From Isurus oxyrinchus (Eukaryota): 64,000 nucleotides of DNA. The stretch's first letter is position 1. Each line of letters begins with the position of its first letter. Shown here one piece after another: positions 25,401 to 38,626 of the stretch. The notes below the pieces were generated by a model, which was not told where the DNA came from, ran no database searches, and saw only the letters and a program-made list of their open reading frames with translations. The stretch lies in NCBI GenBank assembly GCA_026770705.1, contig JANJGN010000041.1:4898001-4962000 (forward strand), written 5' to 3'. The translations under genes and the position numbers were made by a program.

Positions 25401-27653
25401 ATTACATTCGTTCGATTTTTCGTGTTTTTGTGGATAGGCATATCTGTGAAAATATTCACATTTTCGCGTAGCTTCCATTATTTTAGATGAACCATACCAC
25501 CTTCGATAGGAATGTCTTATTCAGGAGCATTGATCTCCCGTATTATTGGTATTATCTAAAATGACCCCTAGGTACTGCATCATCCAGTTCCTTCAGTCAT
25601 TCCTTAAATTCAACTGCTCAGAATCACATTGTACGAAGACTGGCATCTGTGATGCTTGTCAGCCGTGGAGGAGGTCAGGATGGTTCATCCACCCGTCACT
25701 TCAGGGTGAATGTGGTTGTAAATGTTTCCGTGATGTATATGCACTAGTGCACTGCACAGCACAGTCATTGCCCATGCGGATATTGGTGGAAGCCGTCCAA
25801 AGGTAAGGTGCAGAACTTTGCACAACCATTCAAGGCGAGTGTGACAGGACTTCAGATCTGAGCTATCGTTATTTGTTGGGGGGTTCAATGAGCCCTGTCT
25901 TTCTCGTGCTGAATAGGCTGTTTTGCTTGCAAGTAGCCCTGTCTTGCAATGAACCAGGTTAGGCCGTGAAGTTAGGAATAATTGCTGCGGCGGTGGACAT
26001 AGGACAGATGTCGGCAACGTTCCTTCATTTGTGCATTTGACCTCAAAAGCCTGGAAGGTCAAAAGCAGAAGATGTATGGACCACTCTTAATTATAAAATC
26101 CTTTCCAAGTCACACACCAAAGTGACCTGGAGAGACATCACCATTCCCTGACTGTCATTGGGTCAAAAACTGGAAATCCATCGCTGGAAATAATGTGTCT
26201 GCACCCTCTTCCCATGGACTGCAACATTATTTTCAACCCTTATTTTCAAGAAGAATTAGTGAAAATGGAATTAGAAGTGTTAATCTTGCCAATATATCAA
26301 ACGGAATGAATATGTTGCATAATGACGAATCTATGAATATGGATTTCCGTTTTGTGTTGAAATGACGCCCCTGGATGCTTCTTTTGTTCCAACTCAACAA
26401 AGATTGATTACAAAATGCATGTTTATATGTAAAATATTTCGGAGTACACTGCCCTGTAACTCAGAACGTATATTTCGAATTCACTCAGGATATTAAATCT
26501 TTAACCAAAAGGATTGGCTGGAATTTTCGTCAGCAAATCGCACCTCAACGGCCCCACACACTCCCCGCCTCACCAACCCCCAGCCCTCAGTCCCCCCAAA
26601 GCCCACTCCGCACCACCCACTCCCCTCAAAAATGCCGAATCCGCACGAAGATCAATAACATGCATCGTGTATATTGACGTGACATACATGAACTCCCCTT
26701 TGCAGCTGGACAACGGGCGGGCCTAACTTGTAGAATCAAGAATTAGCAAGTTATTGAGTTTGTGTACGACACAATCATGCTTTGCACTTACCGTGGCTTG
26801 GACGAGAAAAGATAAAATGTTTCTGAGCAGCCACCATTAGACGATAATCGTGCGGAAGAGAGATTCTGCCTCCGGGACCATGATTAAATGTAGCAACAGG
26901 TTGTGCTGGGGAAGGTGGCAGCGCCTTCATGATTACTTTTCACTTTTTTATTTATTCACTGAGTTTTCAACGAAAACAATTGTTCGAAAAAACAGTTTCT
27001 GAGAGCAGGTGATCTTGTGCTTGCAGCCATAAAGACTTTCTGTTCACAGCATTACACTCTGCTGCATGATGTTCAGGCTTTCACTGCCGATTGGTCGCGG
27101 GCCCCATTTTGCATCACTCAATGCCTCCTCCCCATGGGAATTTAATGTATTGTGGAACGGAGGTGGTCTAAGAATGAGTGAGTAGCAAAAGTTTATTTTT
27201 TACTTTTCTCCAATCTCACGCTGCCAAAATACGTAAAGTCCAGGCCATTGATTACTTATTGTAATGTTTCTTTATGATCTTAAACCACGAATTGCGTTTT
27301 GAACCTGCACCGGAGGATATGTGTCACTTCTCTAGTGTAAATGCTGCGGTCGATTCTGCAGCAATGTTTCATAACCACAAAAAACTTCAGTGGATCACAC
27401 TCGGTGGTGCATTCGCCACAACATTCACAAATTCACTGAAATGAATTAACCCTTTAGGATCTGTTTTGCATGCAAAATATGCCACAGAAATTTGTTATTT
27501 TGTACTTACAATGTGAAAAGAAAGTTGCTTGTGAAAGTGATATGGATTTGGCACCGTGGAGGAAACTCCATAGCTCTGTAGTTCTTCAGACACGGGTGCT
27601 TACACTAACGTCACGAAGAGGCACATAAACCGAAGAGCACTACACCTGCTCCA
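22420..27653. repeat. Intronic tandem segmental duplication, copy 2 (~5.2 kb)
   Basis: Collinear with 17311-22408; has ~90 bp near 22980-23070 absent from copy 1; hand-compared segments are roughly 80-87% identical. Confidence 0.93.
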
Positions 27654-28155
27654 TGTTCCTTTTCCCAAACAGCAAATCAATAACAGTTCAGAAGCAGATA
27701 GCAGTTGCAGCAAACAATGGGTCATTCTGTACCATATATACATTTTCATTTCTCTAGTTTATTTAGAAGGGAATAATGTTGATAACTTATTTGATGACTG
27801 TGTACTTAATTAGCTAGCTAAATAGTGGATAATGGTTTGTATAGGTCACTGTTTCATTCGGTAGATAATTGGATGGTTCATTCCTGGGGCATTTCAACGT
27901 TCAATTCGGAGCAATATTCTGGAAATGTACTGACAATTTATTAGATAATACTTTTGATAATTACTTTGTTCCGACATTGGCTGCTTCATTATATAATTGC
28001 TAAAATTACTGAATTTTTTGTGTTCTTTCCTTGCTCACAAAGCTGGCCAGTTGAGTTTCATGTGCTGATAATTTGGCTAAGAGTGTTTGTATAATTCACA
28101 ATACCGCACAGATAATTATGTCTTTCAATTTAAATGCATGTCATTGTAGGAATTA

Positions 28156-28172
28156 ATATATATATATATATA
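28156..28172. repeat. (TA)n microsatellite
   Basis: atatatatatatatata run. Confidence 0.9.
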
Positions 28173-30701
28173 TTAGGTTTGATCAAATAATAATAGGCAT
28201 CGGATAATTTTCATTTTTGACATTTATTTTAAGCTGCAATTGTGTCAACATAGCTTTGATTAATAATGTCTCTACATTTTCTAGTGAATCCTACATGGTC
28301 AACAGAAACTCAAACTTTATTTTTTATCCATTGTCTGGCTTTTTCAAGGCTATTTGTGATTATCTTTGACAGCTCCATTAAGTCAATCAATTTTTGATGC
28401 TTCTATTCATGTTAGAGAATTGTGAATCGGATGCTGCCAACTGCGCTGTGTATGTAATGTAAATAAATATTTCTTTTCTGTGTGGTCAAAGTTTGCCAAC
28501 TTGCAATCTGATCCAAAAATGTAAAAAGCTGTTTATCTTTGTGCGACTAATTCACCTTACTCATTCAAAGTTCATCTGAATCATTAACCAACAACTTACT
28601 GAAATAGTATGATCCAAAATGTTTATTATCCACCGGTTTATAGACCTTCAATGCATTGTTGTTTCCCTTAGTTCAAGATTGCGAAAACTCTATGTTCAGT
28701 CTGCACCATGTTGCATAGCCATGAAACCAGTGGCTACTTGAAATAACTCTTTAAATACTCATCCCATTATTTTGAGAATGTGCATTTTCCATTCGGAAAT
28801 TTGTGCCTCACGAATCTGACCGGATATTTCAGTCGTGACGCTATGCTGCACCGTTATCAGGATGACCCATGTCATCCTTTCCTATAGCATCCTCCAAGCA
28901 GTGAGCAGATTACCTACTTTAGATAATAATTTAAACTAGAGTTATTTAACTTGCTTCAAAATGAAGGAAATACTTTAATAAACGTGCGCAGCAATTATTA
29001 ATTACCTGGCGGCCAAAAAAATTAGTTCAGTGAGATCACTTAGAAAATGAATTCTTCAAAATTCACATGGACCTTTAGTAAGTAAACAACATAAATCATA
29101 ATACAACCGTGATTATCTGAGGCTCACGTCAAATTCGTTTGACTTATACAGATCATTTGATATAATCAATAATCCGTAAAAATGTTTGAAGCTAATCTTC
29201 TGCATAATAATGCACCATTGAATAACTTCGCTAATTCCTTAAAAAGGTTCCTGCATTTTGAAAAAAAGAAAAATACATTTTAACAACTAAGGCTAAGATT
29301 CATGGTTTTTAAGAGCCTTCCCAATCTGAAATGAAGTAAGCAGTAGAGGAGAATAATTTAAACATGAGTGTGTTAGGAATTAGGTCTTTATTGTCAGGTA
29401 ATCAACAATTCGTAATTTTCTGACATATATTAGTCTGCAGAGTATTGTCGATGTACCCATCACAGTCAATCTTTATCACAATCTTCTGCACTTGGTGCCC
29501 AGCAAAAATCAATTTTCAGTTTCACATTTCAAATCACTTTGCACGGATGCTGTGCTTGAGATGCAAGCGACTCCTTTCTGCATTTTCATCAACAAAGTGA
29601 TTGGTTTTGCAGCCAATCAATTAATGGGGGCCCTGTCCTGTCACTCAGAAGCAAAACGCTAGTTAGGACCCCACTCGTATCACATCTTCGAATTGCTCAT
29701 TCACTACACTTTGCAAGAGATATGCCCCTATGGCCAGTAAATATTGCCCACTCAATATACTAGCAATGTCACCGCTGCCGCTCTGCCATTAAACTGCCCT
29801 CTTGATCAGCACTGGCTACACCCATTCTGCATAGCAATGTTGATTCCCTCTTTCTGCAATGAATTAGTGACGCTTTCACCTGAAATAATCCTGCACAATG
29901 CTCAGCTAGCATATCAATCTCACGTTACTCAGTCTGCCTTAAAACACATGACTGATCAGCACTCATCCCCGAATAAAACTTCTCCCTGGGAACCTTCATA
30001 AGAATGACACGTTGTACTGATTGTCATTGTACCACCACTGTAATGATGCGTGTGTAAACTTGCATTTGGCATTCTATCCTGGTCTTTTGTGCAGCTCAGT
30101 GACCATTTTCTGCTCGTGTATTTTAACCATTCCATCTTTACCCTAACAAGCGTTCAGAGTAGGTTCGTGCCCGCTGGCAATATTTTACCTTCAAACTGTA
30201 TGTCCTGTAGCACAGTAATCCTACCCAATACTTATGACATCTATTGACAAACCATCACGCATTGCAAGACTACCTCTTCCAGAGTATAACTCTACTTGGC
30301 CCAGATTCTATTTTGCGCATTCATTTCCCACTTCACATTGTACCAGCACACATTAATTGACTCTTTACGCCTCCCATTTACGTTTTATTATTCACCATAC
30401 CCTGCCGCTTGTATTCATTCAAGTTGTTCAGGTCACATTCGCCCTCAGCAATCTCAATCTTTATTATACAATAGTTGTCCATTTTACATTGAAGATATTC
30501 CTTTCAAAAGACGAATTAACAACTGATATTTTGGTTTCCCTATCCACTTTCTGTAGCCTCTAGTAAACATTTAGAACCCGCACACCTCAGTAAGAAGATG
30601 TCCATATTTGGGTCAAATGTACAATCCTTTGCAACAGGAGGCAAATTAATCATGTTCATCTGTGTTGTCTATCTCCTACCCTCTTTAACCCTCTCTTTCA
30701 G

Positions 30702-31600
30702 TTAATTTTGTTGCTATTGAGATTCTCTGCCGAGGAAAGTGTGGCCTCTCCAAATGTATTACCCACTATATGATCGCCATGGCCACGGCAGATCTCCTGG
30801 TTGTTTGTGCCGAAGTGATGTTGAAGAATACGCTAAATATTTATTTCCCTGAATCATTCTTGACTATTAGCACGGTGTGCTATCTAAATGTGACAATGAC
30901 ATATGTAGCCATATCAGCCTCTGTCTGGTTAACAGTGGTGTTCACGTTTGATCGTTTTGTTGTCATATGTTGTAAGAAGCTGCGAAAAAGATATTCCACG
31001 AAGACAACAGCAGTAGCTGTCATTTCAGTGGTCAGTATGTTGAGTTGTTTAATAAACATTCCCTTGTACTTTGCGTATGAACCTGCGTATATAATGGACA
31101 ATGTAAATCGTGGTTGTGTCCTAAAACCAGCATTTTTGATTTCTGCTGAATGGGCCGCATTTGACTTGTTTCACCTTATCATGACCCCATGTGTTCCATT
31201 CATTCTAATTTTGTTCCTAAATGTTTTGACGGCTAGACATATTTTGGTGGCCAGTAAAGTTCGCAGGGGTCTCCGCAGTTGCAGCAATGGAGAACATCAC
31301 AAGGATTCTGAAATAGAAAGCCGAAGAAAGTCCATTATTTTACTCTTCAGTATAACCGGCAGCTTTATATTGTTATGGACAACTTCGGTTATATATATTA
31401 TCTCACCTCATGTCATGTTAAATGCTGGCGAAAATTATATTGAGTCCATTGGATTCATGCTTGGGATCCTCAGTTGCTCCACAAATACATTCATTTATGT
31501 GCTGACACAGGCTTCGTTTAGGGGGGAGCTGAAGAGCGGAATACAGTACCTTGTGAAACTGTGCATAATATTCTGCAAATTACAGCTGAAATCCCATTGA
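30702..31600 (+). CDS. Exon 2 of GPR139/GPR142-like orphan GPCR (end of TM1 to TM7 and C-tail); spliced protein 322 aa
   Basis: Pyrimidine tract and AG at 30700-30701, then an open frame (V)NFVAIEILCRGKCGLSKCITHY joining ORF 30770-31600. Class A motifs: TM2 MATADLLV, Cys at top of TM3, SVWLTVVFTFDRFVVIC (DRF), TM4 NIPLYF, ECL2 Cys, TM5 PCVPF..LN, TM6 SFILLW, TM7 NTFIY. No internal stops. The motif pattern resembles GPR139/142 but it is probably a paralog, so no symbol is given. Confidence 0.93.
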
Positions 31601-31788
31601 CCATTACAGGGGGATATAAATTTTGTGCCCTGAATGATCTCATAATAGAAAGATGCTTGCAACAATGTTCAAGCACTCAGTATAAAGTAATATCCTACTA
31701 TAAATGCTCTTTCATAATATAATGTCAAATTGAAATTCTTTTAACAGTATACTGTAATCAATGGTGAATTGTAAGTTGTGATAATAAT

Positions 31789-31799
31789 AATAAAATAAA
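31789..31799 (+). terminator. Candidate polyadenylation signals (two overlapping AATAAA) for the GPCR
   Basis: AATAAA at 31789-31794 and 31794-31799, about 190 nt after the stop codon. Confidence 0.5.
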
Positions 31800-33179
31800 A
31801 ATACTGAACAGACCCTGTTAGCGTTGCGGATATTGAAAGGATGAATTGAGATGCCAAATTCTGACAGTCCCGTGTTCATGGGAACAGTTATTCTGCTCAA
31901 CAAGAGAACACCCCAACCATCACCAGCTGGATCACGAGAACTTGACAAATGTAACAAGGACAAACGTCACAAATTTCCATAACGTCTGTTCTGGACCAAA
32001 TACGACACAGGGGTAATTTCAAGAACAAGTTTCATGAAGTCTGGCACCCTCCAAATATCGGACATTTGTACAAGGAGATTCTTCTCAGATTTCCATATAA
32101 CTCACATGATGAAAACAAAGAAAGCCTGGTCATCACGTACTTTGTGAAAAGACGGGCATTGACGTAATTGATCACTCATTCTCATGATGCATCGGACCAT
32201 TGAGTCTCCATATCTTGGATTCAAAACTTTTACATTCTGTTTCCCTACGATTTATTTGAAAGCGCAACTAGCTAGTGCTCAATTTTCCACGATCAATGGG
32301 GCTACCTCCTCCCCATATGCTCATTCACAACACTCAACACTCTCTGTTTCATGTTATCAGATCCTATCACACACACAGCCAGCAAATGCCTGTTATCATA
32401 ATGATCGAATGTTTTAATATGTTTCACATGATATCCACTCATCAACATAGCGAGTGATGCTTCAACCAGGTATATGCACGAATTCCCAGCCAAGAAAATT
32501 CTGATCACTCATGGCCCTACCATTAAATTCCTTCTTTGTATACCTAAACATATTGAACGTGAAAAAAAATTAATGTAATTCTCCTCGTCCCATATTCTTA
32601 TCATTTACTTAAATTAAGTGCCATGTGTAAAATGCAACCATTGACAGGCTACAGCACAGAAGCAGACCATTTGTCCCATCCATTCCTTATTGTCACTTGG
32701 AAGGAAGAAGAAACAGCCAGGCACTTCTCCGGCTTCTCCTGTTATCTGGGTCATTCGCTTTTCTCAGACAGTAATTCAAAATCCTCTTGATCATTTTTAA
32801 TTTACCACCCCAATCACCAGTTAAAATGATTGGACAGAACAACTGCCAATTATATGGCATTAAATAGAAAAGTACAAACACTTTCCTTTAATAAATTGGT
32901 ATAAAAACAAGACAGATTTGGTCATCGCATGAGGGGCATTGCTGACAAGAAAAGCAATTATTGCCAATCTTTAATTGCTCTGGCAGCAAAGTATACGTGA
33001 TTCATCTCTTCGAGCAGCTACAGTGTTTCTGACATCTTTGCGCTGGCTGCTTAGGGACTGAATTACTAATTGCCCACACCATCGGCTCAGCTAGCACTCT
33101 TTTCTAAATGTTTGCTCTGGATTTTTGGCACCTGCACTTTCTAAATAAGCACCCGATTGCTCAGCTCCCAGTCGTTTTA

Positions 33180-34165
33180 GTACATGAGGCGACCTGTGTT
33201 CCTCAGGATAGTGTCCGAGGGTAAACGATGTTTAGCTCCCTCATCAATGACCTTCTCTCCATCTACAGGTCAGAAAGGGGGATGTTCGCTGATGATTGTG
33301 TAATGTTGAACACAATTCATTGTTCCTGAGATAATGAGGTTGTCCGTGGCCAAAAGCAGCATTTTCAGTCCTTGGCTGACAAGATGCAAAGGACATTCAA
33401 ACCATACAAGTACCAGGCAATGACTATCTCCTAAGGAGAAAATCAAACCATCCCTCGTTAACATTCAATGGCATTACCATCGCCGAAAGTCGCACTATAA
33501 GCATTGTAATGGCTATCATTGACCAGAAACAGAACTGGATTGGTCATGTAAAAACAACGTCTACAAATGCAGTTCAGAGGCAAGGAATCCTGTGGCGAGT
33601 AACACACCTCCTGACTCCTCAATTCCTTTCACTATCTACAAGGCACAAGATAGGATTGTGATGGTATGCTCTCCACTTACTTGGGTGCATGCAGCTCCAA
33701 AAGCAGTGAAGAAGCATGCTAGCATCTGGGACAAATCAGCCGTTGATTGACACCACATCAATAAAATTTCACTCCCTCCACCACCGACGAACAATAACAG
33801 CTGCGTGTAATATCTGCAAGGTGCACTGCAGGAATTCTTGATCTCACCTAAGACATTACAGTCCAAACCATGACAGCAAAAATCTGGAATGGTAATGCAC
33901 AGCAGGTGCATTTGAACACAACAATTTGGAAGATCACCTCCAAGCTACTCACCAGCCTGATTTGAAATGATATCCCTGTCTCTGCATTTTCCTTGTGTCA
34001 TATTCCAGGAACTCACCGCCTAACTGAAAATTGTGTGTAGGGTTACCACAGTGACTGTTGCGATTTAGGAAGGCAGCTCACCATCATCTTCTCAAGGGCA
34101 CCTACGTCTGGGCAATCAATGCTGCACGAGCTATTGACGCCAACCCCTTCTTAATGAATAATAAT
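33180..34165 (+). mobile_element. 5'-truncated CR1/L2-group LINE (second family)
   Basis: atgttcgctgatgattgt (MFADDC) near 33281-33298; collinear with ~39480-40350. Confidence 0.8.
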
Positions 34166-34699
34166 AAATTATCATTGTCTCTGTGGCTGCACAACTACTG
34201 CACTACCCATTTCTCCAGCCTGACAGCTCTTTTCTACTATAGCCAAATCACTGCCTAGCAAATACTTCCTGCTTCTTATAAAAATATGCTCTAGCTCTTA
34301 AGCTCCTGCACTTTTATAAATCTCTGCTCTGGGGGAAGAGTGCTTTTTAATTATCAAGCTGTGTTTTGATTATCTAGCTCACACTATTTTTAACTCTGCT
34401 ATGGGGGAACAGCCACTTTCTAATCTGTCCTTTGACGATCTAGCTCTAGCTCATTTTAAATCTCTTCTCTGGCAACTCATCTCCCGTTCTTTTTACATTT
34501 CTGCCCTATCGCCTCAACTGCCTCTCTTTTTGTTAAAACATCATCTGTTCATGCTCAGCTCTAAATCTCGGTTCTCGCTGTTCTACTGCAGCAGTAAAAG
34601 AGTTATTCAACCTGCCCTGACTGCCAAGAGTCTTGCCGGGAATTTGAGATTGTTGAGTTTAATTAAGAATGATCACTGATTTGTAACACCATGCCTTAA

Positions 34700-35310
34700 A
34701 ATAAAAAAAAACATGCTTGAACAAACTCGTTGAATTTTGATATCACAACAGAGAAGATTAATGAAGACAATACATAGCAAAGAGGATTTTTAGACATTAG
34801 TGGACAGCTTATCGCAGATAAGGCTGCCTAAGGACATTTAGGCACCTTAAAGAGCACAGAGGCGCGGGTTGTGGAAGGGGGAGGGGTCACTTTCCAATTA
34901 CATCCAATTCGGTAATTCAAAGGAAACAGATACTCTTTGTAATCGTTTTGTTTCAGTCTGGATGATGGTAGATAGTGGTGTGCCCCAGGAATCCAGGTTT
35001 GTTATGCTTTTTCTCGATATAAACCAGTTGAATCTTGGATTACAGCACAACGTCTCAAATTGTGTTTGCGATGCACACATGGCGGGGTGGTAATTAAGAA
35101 GTGAAGGTTGATACGAATCCGTTGCAATAAGACATGGAGAGATCAGCAGAATATGCAGGGGATTGTAGGTGCACTTTAATGCGTTGCAATGTAAAATTTT
35201 ACAATTTGTCAGAAGGGATAGTGAGGGGAAATAGAGGCAGAATCTCACTGTCCTAAAGAATGTGATAGAATGGATGGAACAAGGTACATGTAATTCGATG
35301 TTAGGGTGTG
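34700..35310 (+). mobile_element. Highly decayed CR1 RT fragment
   Basis: DSGVPQES (~SGVPQGS) in ORF 34869-35093 and an FNxxKCKILH-like segment. Confidence 0.6.
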
Positions 35311-35699
35311 GTAGACGGAGCCGTGCTTCGGGTGTGGAAAATTGTGCCGACCGTGCCTGGCACTGCGCTTTTGGAGCGGGATGTAGACTGCGCTGGTGAC
35401 CTTTGAATGCGGGAGACTTTTAATTTATTCATAAGTTTGAAGGTGTCTGTCTAAGTGACCCAAATGAGCGGCACTATCCATATTTTGGATTCAATGGCTA
35501 GCACGAGCAGAGCCAGAGAAAATGGGGGAATTATTGCTCGGGTGCGAAGAAAAGACAGAAAAAAGGGGAAATGATAAGACCCTGAAATGTTCCCTGGAAA
35601 ATTAGAAGACTTTGGAAAAGTTTTACGGCAAGTCTGTAAAATATTGAATTAATACACTTCAGCGAACGTACCACTGAGTCTGAGGAACATTAGTGTAAA

Positions 35700-37250
35700 A
35701 CATACACAGGTTGATGAAAAATCAAATTCTTCTGACGTGCTTCCCACTGAAGAAGTAATATATGGTCCAGCAAATTGGCCACATTTATTCAACAAGAAGA
35801 CGATAGACATTCCAGTGAGGAGGGGGCCTTTGAAAATAAGGTGCAGCGCCCATGTGTTTCCAAACGATGATGAAAATGAACCTTTTTGCAAAAATTAACT
35901 TCACTGGAAATGCCAATTGGAGAAACCGTTGAAACAAATTGCCTGGTGCACATGAAAAATCGTTGATGTGTCTTCTTGATTCAGCTGCAAATTGTACGTC
36001 TCAGAAACCGCATGGAAATTATGGAAGGAATGCTGCAGTGCCTGGAAACAATACAATGACAGTTGTCATCGAATTATCTAAGAAGCATGATCAAATCTCA
36101 ATTAAATGAATTGGCACAAAGTGAAGCTTCGCAGAAATGAAGGTACCAGATGAGTAAGCACAGGGATAAATAAACAACGTGAAGAAACAATGCTAAGCAA
36201 CTTTGACAGATATTCTAGCAGTCGTCCAGCTCCAGTTGATCATAACTCAGAATTTCGATGAACAAATGCAAGACTTTGTGAACATAGCAATGAAACCTTT
36301 CTTGGGTTAATTTTCATTATAGCTAAATTCGACCATATGATACAAGGATATGTCCCATGCAGCAAAAATTAATACAATCCTGACCATTTTCTTGGATCTC
36401 GTATTCAAAATGAATTAATTTCGATGATGGCGTCGCAGGTGAATAAAATAAACGTTACTGTAAAGGTGAAGGCTGCAATACACCTGGTGCTTCTTCTTGA
36501 CAGTACCCCTGGTCTGAGTGATGAAGATCAGATAATCCTTGTGATTCATTAGGTTGATCTGACTTGGGAAGATGTGAATCGAAGGGAGAATTTGATTCAG
36601 TTTCTGCTGATTCAAGAGAACTTTTTTCAAGCCTAATTCTCTCAATGATGTGCCAGATGGTTTAGGACCTCGGAGCACTGACTGTAAGAGGCAGTGACAC
36701 AACAATCGGGTAAACATTACGGATCAGAAACAAAACTTCGAGTCGTGCCCCCTTCATCACAACCGTCGGGGCTTCTTAAATCCATGAACCTGCCACAACT
36801 TATATTTGGCATTTGAAGATATGGCAAAGTGTAGCTCTGATATCATGACATTGTTTTGGAGCTTTGCAGTGAACTGAAATAATTATTTCAGTTTGAAATA
36901 ATAGCTGACATATGTTGAGAGCAGATGCTTCTCGTGTAATGTTAAAGTCGATGTCAGACTTTTGGTGGCATGACTGACGTAGAATGGAAATGCTATCTGT
37001 TACAAAACAGCTGATATTAATAAGAAAGTGATTACAGTTGCAGAAGAATGTGACAACTCATATGTTAAAATAGAGACATAGTCCACGATCAGTGACAAAG
37101 TTGAAGCTTTCGAATTTTTTTCGCAAAGGTTGAGAGGCAGGACAGCATATTCACTACAAGCTTTGTGACTCAGAATATTCAATCCTTCAAAATGCAGCTT
37201 CGTGCTGCTTTTGCATTTCAGAGGGATGGCGAGAATGAAAAGCAGGCTGC
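35700..37250 (+). pseudogene. Fossil hAT-superfamily transposase (ZMYM1-like / Tip100-type, TTF zinc finger plus catalytic region)
   Basis: Frameshifted + strand segments: GPANWPH...RRGP, GETVETNCLV...SCKL (TTF zinc finger), FLGLIFIIAKFD, HFLGSRIQNELISMMA (~36390-36435), LLLDSTP (first catalytic Asp, ~36490), P*TCHNLYL (CxxH, ~36785) and LKSMSD. The order matches hAT transposases. Confidence 0.85.
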
Positions 37251-37259
37251 GTAGCACTC

Positions 37260-38626
37260 TTAATAAGGGAAGATATTGTTGGTAATAGCGGACTTTTCAT
37301 CAAACGACGGTTGGCCAATTTGTGAGGAGCTGTGAAACAGACGATTGATCAGATATTGGTGGGAGTTGTTTATAGGCCACCAAACAACGGAGATAATTTG
37401 TGGCATAGTATATATCAGGAAATTCGAGCTGAATATAATATGGTTAAAGCAGGAAACTGGGAAACTTCGATTTGCAAAAAAGCAGTGGTTAACCAAATCA
37501 GCACTCATAACATGGAACAGGAATTCATTGAATGTATGCGAGATTGATTTCAGCACCATTACGTTGAGGAGCCAACTAGGGAGTGCTATGCCATGAGAAA
37601 GGTTCAATGGATGTCCAAGCTCTCAAGTAGCCTTTGGGAAATAGTAACGATAACGTAATAAAATTTCGCAAAAAGTATTACATCGATATGCTGAATTCTA
37701 AAGCTCGGTTCTTAAATCTGACTAAAGGAAATTATGAATGAAAGAGAGCGAAGTTGACGATGATGCATTGTGAAAGTATAGGAAAAGGTTTGTCAGTGGA
37801 CAGGCTATTGGGAATATTTAAGGAAGTAATGTACTGTCTACATCAGACATGCATTCATCGAAAGCTCAAGCACTCACAGGGAATGAAAATTCAAGCATTG
37901 TTACCAAATTAAGTTAAATATTGCAGTACATGAAATGGAATGATTTACCATGGCCCAAGAAACAAATGGTAAATCTGAGAGTTTGGGGGAAATTTAGAAC
38001 CCAGCCATGGAAAACCAAGAAACTGATTTAGAAATGGGAAGTGAATGGATTACTATCCAGGGAGGCACATAAGGAACAAGTCTGGGCACTTTACAGGTTA
38101 GAAGGGGAATATTCATCGTGGAGGATAGGGAAACAGCATAGCAACGAAACAATAACTTTTAGCCTCTCATCAAAGAAGAACATACACAATATTTCCAAGA
38201 TAGGCTAGGCAACCAAGGTACTTGTGAAATGGGGGAGTGAAAATAAATAAATGGTTTCAGTGAAAAAGGTATTACTTGAAATGTGAACTGGATTGAAGGT
38301 TAAATAATTGGCTGGACCTGAATTGCTTCATCTCATCAGTACTGAAGGAGGAGGCTAAAGAAACAGTGGATGCATTGGCTGTTTTCTTGCAAAATTCTTT
38401 AGCTTCTGGAAAGTCTCCAGCTGAATACAAATTATTAGATGTTGAATTACTATTTAAGAATGGAACCAACGGGACGAGACAGCACTGCAGACACGTTAGT
38501 TTGAAATAAGTGGTATGAAAAATGTCATAATGTATTAATACAGATGCCGTAACTGGGTATTTATTTAAAACTGGCAAATTTGCGCAGTGTCAACAAGGGT
38601 ATATGAAAAGGGAATCATGTTAGACA
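37260..38626 (+). mobile_element. CR1 LINE ORF2 (endonuclease to RT start), resuming at 40367-40620
   Basis: LVGVVYRPPN endonuclease motif (ORF 37332); ends at ...GESC*T and resumes after 40372 with EFF...VDNEG..., the SCLTNLxEFF region. Confidence 0.75.

Larger units (their letters stand above)
16760..30701 (+). other. Phase-1 GT-AG intron (13,942 bp) of the GPCR gene
   Basis: GTAAGA donor and ctctctttcAG acceptor; splicing restores a continuous TM1. Confidence 0.85.

Noticed and set aside
30770-31600. Single-exon 276-aa GPCR starting at Met 30770
   Set aside because: It would lack TM1; the frame is open back to a good acceptor at 30701 and a phase-matched exon 1 exists.
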